The notes under the pieces were generated by a model that did no database searches, had not been told where the DNA came from, and saw nothing but the letters and a program-made list of their open reading frames with translations. The translations under genes and the position numbers were made by a program. This document shows positions 34,588 to 42,300 of a stretch of DNA of 64,000 bases, one piece after another. Every line of letters starts with the position of its first letter. The first letter of the stretch is position 1. Where the stretch lies: the IMG/VR virus record IMGVR_UViG_3300027714_000005; one strand, 5' to 3'. This DNA comes from a virus.

Positions 34588-37026
34588 ATGGGAACTACCA
34601 CACTAAAACTCGAAGGCACCAATGGTGACCTTAAAGAGATAACTACCTCAGAAGAGAACTATCTTGCTTATCAAGCAGGCCTGCATCTCTCTGCGTTAGA
34701 TTCAAGTGACGTGGCATCGATTACTGCGGTCAGTACTAATAACACTATAATTGGTGCATTTACTGATACTAGGTATAATGATGCTTCTGGGACACACGGG
34801 TTCGACAATGGCAATGCTCCGGTGCAACAGACGATAACCTCATTATATCAAAGAGAGGGGGTGACTGATTTTGCGGGAGACTCTGCGGCATATAGATATC
34901 CTCTAGAGTTCACCGACAATAGCGGAACACCCGAACTACACGAATTAGATTCCGCAGAAGTTGATACAATAAGTGACCGTCTCCTATCTCGTATCGCAGT
35001 ATCAGAATATCCTGGCGTATATAAACTTGCGACATCTGCTCCCACTGGATATACCACATACAAGTCAAATGTATTTTCGGATAATTTGCAGACAGGTGTA
35101 TCTGGAACTACGTACAATATCTATGTAAAGAACACAATGTCGGCCCCGACTGCGGTGAGACCTGTTGCTATCAAGAGATCAAGTGGACTGACAGGCACCT
35201 TCCAAGGTGTCCAAGAGATGACCGATGCCGAGATACGATATAGTTTTGGTTCAAGGGTACAGTCACGCATCTCAAATAGCAGTGCCGGTATTGGTACATA
35301 CCAGATGCGGAGTTCCGCACAGGGTGCGCCATCTGACACGGGTACTTGGTCAAACCGAGGTACAGCATCAGACACTCGTTACAACACAGTGAATACTGAC
35401 TATGCGGCCGCATACACAAGAACTCGTTCTAGTAACTATGTTGGTAACTACAGTAGAAACTTCGCAAGAACCTTTGCGGGAACATTTACTGGTAACTTTG
35501 TACTATCTTTCATTGGCAACTATACAGGTAACTACTCAAGAAACTTTGGGGGAGACTATACGGGTAATTATGCTCGTACTTTTGTTGGTGACTATATAGG
35601 TAACTATGCTCGAAACTTTGCGGGTAACTATGTTGGTAACTACAGTAGAAACTTCTCTGCGGTGTATAGTAGAACTCGTGTAACTGATTACGTTGGTGAC
35701 TTCACTGGTAACTTTACTGGTAACTACTCACGCAACTTCCAAGCAGATTACCAAAGAACTCGTGTAACAACCTATACGGGTAATTTTGCGGGTAACTACT
35801 TAGGTAACTATGTAGGTAACTATGCTCGTGCATACTCTGCGGATTACCAAAGAACACGTACTGCTGTGTTTACTGGTAACTTCTTAGGAGATTATGTTGG
35901 TAACTTCTTAGGAGACTATGTTGGTAACTTCGTTGGCAACTATACTGGTAACTTCGTAGGTAACTATACTGGTAACTTCGTAGGTGACTATGCAAGAACA
36001 CGTACAGCAGTCAATGGTGCTTCATACGCAAGAACTCGTACCGCCACTGGCAACTATGCGAGAACTCGTACCGCCACTGGCAACTATGCAAGAACTCGTA
36101 CCGCAAGTGCCTCGTATGCGAGAACAAGAGTAGGTACATTTGTGCGAGTTCGGGTGAGCGGGTATTCGGGTGGTGGTAAAAGTGGTAACGCTTATAGCTA
36201 CCAAGGTAACTTCGTAGGTAACTATGTTGGTAACTATGTAGGTAACTATTCCAGAAATTTATCCTATGTAGGTAACTATTCCAGAAATTTATCCTATGTA
36301 GGTAACTATTCCAGAAATTTATCCTATGTAGGTAACTATTCCAGAAATTTATACTATGTTGGTAACTACGGAAGAACACGTGCTACCGCATACGCAAGAA
36401 CACGTGCTACCGCATACGCAAGAACTCGTGCTACCAACTACCAGAGAACACGTGCTACTAACTACCAGAGAACACGTGTAACGAATTACACTGCTTACTA
36501 CTTAGGTAACTATGTTGGTAACTATGCTCGTGCATTTTCTGCGGATTACCAGAGAACGTCTACACGTACTCGTGTAACGAATTACGTTGGTAACTTCGTA
36601 GGTAACTATGTTGGTAACTATGCTCGTGCATTCTCTGCGGATTATACCACCAACTTTACCCAGACATTTACTGGTAATTTCCTTGGAGAATATACCGGAA
36701 ACTATGCTCGTGCGTACTCTGCGGATTATCAGAGAACCAGAAGTTCCGCATACTCTGCGGCCTATAATAGAACAAGAAGTTCGACCTATTCTGCTGTCTA
36801 TCAAAGAACACGGACTTCGAGTTATGCGGCTGATTACCTTAGAACATCTACGACCGATTCGACTAGGGCGTCCACTGGGGTATCTACGGTGACTCGTTCG
36901 AGCGCATACACCTCAACTAGCACACAAGACTTTACTGGTAATTACACGGGAAACTATGTAGGAACCACAATTGATACTGGGTCGTCTACCATTGAGACAT
37001 ACACATTGTATCATAGAACGGCATAA
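34588..37026 (+). CDS. repeat-rich late protein B (812 aa): globular N-domain plus mirror-arranged GN[YF]/RTR repeats
   Basis: Shares EITTSEENYLAYQ, YPG.YKLATSAP, AIKRSSG.TGT.QG.QEMTD and IETYT.Y.R with protein A. Confidence 0.85.
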   Translation: MGTTTLKLEGTNGDLKEITTSEENYLAYQAGLHLSALDSSDVASITAVSTNNTIIGAFTDTRYNDASGTHGFDNGNAPVQQTITSLYQREGVTDFAGDSAAYRYPLEFTDNSGTPELHELDSAEVDTISDRLLSRIAVSEYPGVYKLATSAPTGYTTYKSNVFSDNLQTGVSGTTYNIYVKNTMSAPTAVRPVAIKRSSGLTGTFQGVQEMTDAEIRYSFGSRVQSRISNSSAGIGTYQMRSSAQGAPSDTGTWSNRGTASDTRYNTVNTDYAAAYTRTRSSNYVGNYSRNFARTFAGTFTGNFVLSFIGNYTGNYSRNFGGDYTGNYARTFVGDYIGNYARNFAGNYVGNYSRNFSAVYSRTRVTDYVGDFTGNFTGNYSRNFQADYQRTRVTTYTGNFAGNYLGNYVGNYARAYSADYQRTRTAVFTGNFLGDYVGNFLGDYVGNFVGNYTGNFVGNYTGNFVGDYARTRTAVNGASYARTRTATGNYARTRTATGNYARTRTASASYARTRVGTFVRVRVSGYSGGGKSGNAYSYQGNFVGNYVGNYVGNYSRNLSYVGNYSRNLSYVGNYSRNLSYVGNYSRNLYYVGNYGRTRATAYARTRATAYARTRATNYQRTRATNYQRTRVTNYTAYYLGNYVGNYARAFSADYQRTSTRTRVTNYVGNFVGNYVGNYARAFSADYTTNFTQTFTGNFLGEYTGNYARAYSADYQRTRSSAYSAAYNRTRSSTYSAVYQRTRTSSYAADYLRTSTTDSTRASTGVSTVTRSSAYTSTSTQDFTGNYTGNYVGTTIDTGSSTIETYTLYHRTA
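35872..36490 (+). repeat. in-frame 24-bp and 30-bp tandem repeats within protein B
   Basis: For example TATGTAGGTAACTATTCCAGAAATTTATCC x~4 (36235-36354), AGAACTCGTACCGCCACTGGCAACTATGC(A/G) x~3, and AGAAC(A/T)CGTGCTAC... 24-mers x~5. Confidence 0.9.
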
Positions 37027-37065
37027 ATTACTTATATATAAAACTGAATGAAACAGGAGACTATA

Positions 37066-37515
37066 ATGTCTAGAACATGGTTAGATAATGCGTTTTGGGA
37101 AACACCCAGAAAAGAGTTATTAAACGCAATAAGCGAAGAAGTTGACGGTAATAAAACTAAACGTCAGGTTCACAAAATAGAGAAATTGAATGCCGATGGC
37201 ACCCCCAATGAATTGTTCATAGAAGCGATTGAATTTCTCGGTGAAGAAAAGATTAATGCCTCTAGTCAAAAACGATTGTCGAAAAAACAAGACGAAGCGG
37301 ACATCGAAAAACAAAAGAAAATGGAACACGAACGTGCAAAGAAACTAGAACAACTCTTTGAGTATAAACTAGAAACCTTTGAAATTCCAGAGATTAAAGA
37401 ATCTAAAAATCGTTTGTTGAAATCAAAACTAAGACGGTCTAAATCTGTCCCTGAAGTGAATTTATATGCTATTTTATTGGTACAGGAATCATTAGAAGAT
37501 GTCGGAACTAAGTAA
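37066..37515 (+). CDS. hypothetical protein (possible chaperone of the fibre cassette)
   Basis: 149 aa from the ATG after CAGGAG; LF.YKLE.FEI.EIK.SKNR.LKS.LR.SK motif. Confidence 0.75.
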   Translation: MSRTWLDNAFWETPRKELLNAISEEVDGNKTKRQVHKIEKLNADGTPNELFIEAIEFLGEEKINASSQKRLSKKQDEADIEKQKKMEHERAKKLEQLFEYKLETFEIPEIKESKNRLLKSKLRRSKSVPEVNLYAILLVQESLEDVGTK

Positions 37516-38248
37516 AGGTTTTGTTATTGTTGCATCAAGAAATATTAATTTTTACACTTATGCAATAAATCTAATACAATCAATCAAAGACTATTACCCA
37601 GAAGCACTCATCACCTTGGTGACCGAGGAAAGGTTCTTTGACGGCCGTGAAACCGAAGACACTGATCAAATTATCATCTGTGATAACCACTACCGTGCAA
37701 AACTGTGGGGTATGGCAAACACACCCTACGACATTACGATGTATGTCGATGCCGATATGGAGTGTGAACACGAAGATATCATGACCATATGGGATGAGAT
37801 GAAAGACTATGATATGGTCTTTCACGAGTTAACCAAGGAACGTGAACAATTCTATGCTATTCGTGAGTTCAAGTACAACGGTGGATATGAGAAGTATAAA
37901 TTGTGTGGAGGAGTGTGTTTATATCGCAGTGGAAATCCATTAGTAAAGGAGTTTATGGACGATTGGTATGAACTGTATTGTAAACAATATGATAATAGAT
38001 GGATGCCCGATGGTTTCGATAAAGCACAGTGGGCTAAAGACCTCCGACATTTCGATCAGACAACCCTCTGGTGGTTAGTGAATAAGGTCGAGAAATACAA
38101 AGACCTCAAGATTGGAATCTTCGAAGATGATATCCGATGGAATTACTTTACACAATACGGATACGAAGGTTTGAAGTCTAAGACTGGTGCTCCACCTATC
38201 CTTAGACATTACTCAGGTTGTTTACAAAAGGACACACCTATAGTATGA
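37499..38248 (+). CDS. GT-A fold glycosyltransferase (nucleotide-diphospho-sugar transferase)
   Basis: KGFVIVA, A..L..SIK..YP, RAKL......PYD.T.Y.DAD (DxD), GGV.LY, DQ..LW, RWN, I.HY. Confidence 0.8.
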   Translation: MSELSKGFVIVASRNINFYTYAINLIQSIKDYYPEALITLVTEERFFDGRETEDTDQIIICDNHYRAKLWGMANTPYDITMYVDADMECEHEDIMTIWDEMKDYDMVFHELTKEREQFYAIREFKYNGGYEKYKLCGGVCLYRSGNPLVKEFMDDWYELYCKQYDNRWMPDGFDKAQWAKDLRHFDQTTLWWLVNKVEKYKDLKIGIFEDDIRWNYFTQYGYEGLKSKTGAPPILRHYSGCLQKDTPIV

Positions 38249-38931
38249 TTGATGTCCCTATCAACAACAAAGAAATACTAGCAACCCTGAAAAAGTTCGA
38301 GTGGTATTACGAAAATCGGGAACATATTAGTAAGTATTTACGGAAAAATGGTCGTAAGGAACACCGTGAACACTATGTATGTGATGAATATCGTGACAAG
38401 ATTATTGCGGAAGATACAAAACACGAAGGGTTCCCCGAAGATTCATATAGTTATAGTTTGAAAGAAGATCAACTGTATCAAAAGTTGGATGATCTAAGAC
38501 AACCCGATCACGGAAAGGAGATGGTTAAGATACTTGCGAAGTATGGTGAGTTGAATACAGAACTCTGTACACTATTATCTACAAGAAATAACGCATTACA
38601 AATTATGTATCCACCAGATGGGTTTATCGCGTGGCACAACAATGCCAATGCTTCGGCATATAACCTAATCTTCAGTTGGTCAGAAACCGGTGATGGTGAT
38701 TTTAGGTATGTTGATGGTCATACCGGTAAGATGGTCGTTATGAAAGACAAAAAGGGGTGGCAGTGTAAAGCTGGATACTTCGGTGCGTATGGTGAACCTT
38801 GGTACAATCGAGTATATCATGCTGCCCAAACAAACTGTTGGAGAGTTACGGTGTCCTATGTATTTGATAGAACCGATATTGCCCACGGACTACAAGATGA
38901 AATTATAGAAGAAATAATGTCCGATTACTAA
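38245..38931 (+). CDS. 2OG-Fe(II) oxygenase-like (DSBH) protein
   Basis: YPP.GF..WHNN, F.W...G.G.F, distal YHAA and R.T.SY; HxN replaces the canonical HxD. Confidence 0.65.
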   Translation: MIDVPINNKEILATLKKFEWYYENREHISKYLRKNGRKEHREHYVCDEYRDKIIAEDTKHEGFPEDSYSYSLKEDQLYQKLDDLRQPDHGKEMVKILAKYGELNTELCTLLSTRNNALQIMYPPDGFIAWHNNANASAYNLIFSWSETGDGDFRYVDGHTGKMVVMKDKKGWQCKAGYFGAYGEPWYNRVYHAAQTNCWRVTVSYVFDRTDIAHGLQDEIIEEIMSDY

Positions 38932-38951
38932 AAAGTACACGTTCCAAACCT

Positions 38952-38959
38952 TATAAATA
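38952..38959 (+). promoter_or_regulatory. late promoter TATAAATA
   Basis: Upstream of the 39000 ORF. Confidence 0.8.
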
Positions 38960-38999
38960 AAGACAAGTAAACAAATTGTTTTTATAACGGGTATCATAG

Positions 39000-39368
39000 A
39001 TGTCATCAGCAAATTACGAAGATATTACCATTAATCAAGGCACCGATGTTTCTGTAGAAATACATCTGGTGCATGATAGTGGTAGTACATATAACCTCTC
39101 CAACCACAGCGTAGCTGCCAGTCTAAAACGCAGATATGCTGATTCCGCAAATGATCCCTTTACAGTTCAATTTAATGCCGTGGTTGTATCTCCATCAACT
39201 GATGGAATCATAAACCTATCTCTAACTAACACACAAACAGATGCGATGAAACCTCGTGGTCGATATGTTTATGATGTGGAAGTTTCCTATACCGATAGTG
39301 ATAATAACGCAATCATTCAACGAGTCCTTGAAGGACAAGCCGAAGTTTCCCCATCGGCAACGAAATAA
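39000..39368 (+). CDS. fibre adaptor / virion structural protein (BppU-like beta-sandwich)
   Basis: I.QG.D, G.I.LSLT..QT..M...RYVYDVE, RVLEG...V.P. Confidence 0.75.
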   Translation: MSSANYEDITINQGTDVSVEIHLVHDSGSTYNLSNHSVAASLKRRYADSANDPFTVQFNAVVVSPSTDGIINLSLTNTQTDAMKPRGRYVYDVEVSYTDSDNNAIIQRVLEGQAEVSPSATK

Positions 39369-39387
39369 TAAGGAAGGAACGTCAATA

Positions 39388-42300
39388 ATGGCTGATAAAA
39401 TCATTGTAAAAAAGGTAGTTGTCGGAACTCCTATTAAACGAGTGACCGCTGGTGCTTTCAGTATAGCAAACCTCGCTGGTGTAGATGTTACTGCCACGGA
39501 ATCTGATGGTTCCATACTCGCATATAACAAACTTTCTGGTAAGTGGGAGATCACCAACTTACGAACCGATGCAAACATAAATCTCAATTTTGATAGTGCA
39601 CAGAATAAGTACACATTTGGTTTTGACAATACTGCATTTACGGGTTCCTTAATTCCAGACTCGAACGAAGCATATGACTTAGGTAGTGCAACCAAGAGGT
39701 TCCGTGACATATACCTGAGTGGTAACACTATTGGTCTAGGAACACTATCACTGAAAGACAGTGGTGGTGACTTAATCATTGTTGATTCACAGAATAATAA
39801 ACTCAACCTAGGCATATCTCTAAGTACAAACAACACAGCAATTATGTCCTTTGACAGTAATGCGGGTACGTTTGTATTCAATGATTCAGATATTGCACGA
39901 ACCAATATCAATGAGACGTTCCACCAAGGTGTAACTGTAGTTAACGGTGCGACTGTTGATAGTGCGACCATTACAAACATTGCAAACTCAGTCTTAACAG
40001 GTAAAGCTGCAACACTAGACAGTGCTGCAATTGGTAACCTTCTGGTAACTGGTAATACAATTCTTCAGGGTAACCTGACGATTACCGGAACAGAGACCGT
40101 AGTAAACACGGAAACGATTAACCTTGCTGACAACACAATCATCCTCAACTCAAACGCAACTGGTGCACCATCCCAGAATAGTGGTATTGAAGTTGAACGT
40201 GGTGACAGTGCTAACAAGAGTTTCTTATGGGACGAGACTAACGATTACTGGACATTAGGTAGTGAGAGTCTTGTAACTACTGGTAAAGTTCTATTCGGTA
40301 ACATGTACAGTGCGGAAGGTGACTTACCTAGTGCATCAACCTATCATGGTATGTTCGCACACGTACATGGAACTGGTAAGGGTTACTTTTCACATGCGGG
40401 TGCATGGCACAAACTATTAGACGAAACATCGTCAACCACCGCAAGTTTAACCGAAGGGTCTAACTTATATTATACTCGTGCAAGATTCGACTCTGCATTG
40501 GGTGATGCAACATCTACCGCAAGTGTTCGTGGATATGTATCTGGAGATAAAGGTCTAGTATACAATTCATCTACGGGTGTGTTTGATATAGACTCTGCAA
40601 ATATCAAAGGCATGTTCTCTGCTACTGGTGACTTAACATACAATAGTTCTACTGGTGCATTTTCGTTTGATGTAGAAGACGTATACACTAAAGTAAACTT
40701 TGATAGTGACCTTGGTGACGCATTGGTCGGTGGTACAGGTATCAGTTATGATAGTAGTAGTGATACAATCTCTATTACAAATACTGGTGTTGCTGCTGCG
40801 ACCTATGGTTCTGCAACACAGATTCCGGTATTCACGGTAAACGCACAGGGTCAGTTAGACAGTGCGGGTACTGTTGCGGTTGCGGGTGTAACATCATTTA
40901 CATTCGACTCTTCGGACGGTGATATCTCAATCGGTACTGCCGATGGTGCAACATTCACTACACGAATTAATCTTAGTCCTTTCACGACAAGCACCCTGAC
41001 AGAACAAGGTAACTTGTACTACACTGATGTGAGAGCAAGAAACTCCCAATCCGTTACTGATGCGGGTGGAGACGGTTCTCTTTCGTACAACACTTCTACT
41101 GGTGTATTAACCTATACTGGCCCAAGTGCTTCAGAAACAAGAGCACACTTCAGTGCTGGCGGAGACATGACCTATGATAGTTCAACTGGTCGTTTCTCGA
41201 TTGATGTTGAACAGATTTATACCAAAGCAAACTTTGATTCCGACTTCCTTTCACGTCTAGTGACACAGATTGATAGTGCGGGTATTACTACTGCGACTAT
41301 TGGCACACTCAATAACACAACCTTGGTAGGAAGTCAAGCAACCTTTGATTCCGCAACTATTACTACACTCACCAACACAAACATGGTGGGAAGTCAAGCA
41401 ACCTTTGATTCTGCAAACATTACTGCACTTGGTGGTATCACTGGGTTTGATGCGACATCAACTTCTACGTTACGTGGTCTATTCTCTGCGGGTGGAGACT
41501 TAACATATAACGCTTCTACTGGTCAATACTCCTTTGATGTTGAGACTGTATACACCAAAGCAAACTTTGATAGTGACCTAGGTGATGCGAATACAGCACA
41601 GTTACCCGAAGGAACCAACCTCTATTACACTACTGCTCGTTCTGATTCAGACTTTGATATTAGACTTGCTACCAAAACAACTGCTAATGTCACCGAAGGT
41701 TCAAACCTCTATTACACTACTGCTCGGTCGGACTCTGACTTTGATATTAGACTTGCAACTAAGTCCACAACCAACGTATCCGAAGGAAACAATCTTTATT
41801 ACACTACCGCACGTGCTGACAGTGATGCAAAGGCATCTCTACTTGTTAACGATGCGGGTGGAGACGGTTCTCTCGCATACGATAGTGCGACTGGTGTATT
41901 TACTTACACTGGCCCAAGTGCATCAGAAGTAAGAGCGCATCTAACCGCAAACAGAGGTTTGTCGGTAACGTCTGGTGGTCAGTTTAACATTGACTCCGCA
42001 AACGTTAAGGGAATGTTCTCGGTAACCGATGCTGGTGGTGATGGTTCTCTATCCTATTCAAATGGTGTCATTACATATACTGGCCCAAGTGCAACCGAAG
42101 TAAGAGCACATCTTAGTGCGGGAACTGGTGTCACCTATTCGGGTGGTGCAATCTCTATCGGACAGGATGTTGGTACATCTGCTGATGTAACCTTCGACAA
42201 ATTAACTGTTGATAGTGCGATTGCAGACCACCTTGACCTTATACCACAGTCACCAAATCCTAATAAGGTACGTGGTCGTATCTTCTATGATAGTGCAGAA

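Noticed and set aside
36235-36354. 30-bp direct repeats resembling a CRISPR array
   Set aside because: Head-to-tail with no unique spacers, in-frame inside a CDS, and no cas genes.
35395-36970. DNA-level inverted repeat or RNA hairpin as the cause of the symmetry
   Set aside because: The arm sequences (GGTAACTAT versus AGAACTCGT units) are not reverse complements; the symmetry appears only in the protein.
32475-37026. Diversity-generating retroelement suggested by AAC-rich repeats in paralogous genes
   Set aside because: No reverse transcriptase in the window and no template/variable pair differing only at adenines; AAC simply encodes the Asn of GNY.
39256-39387. N-terminal extension of the long fibre in the ORF track
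   Set aside because: It overlaps the 122-aa gene; the ATG at 39388 has a good RBS.
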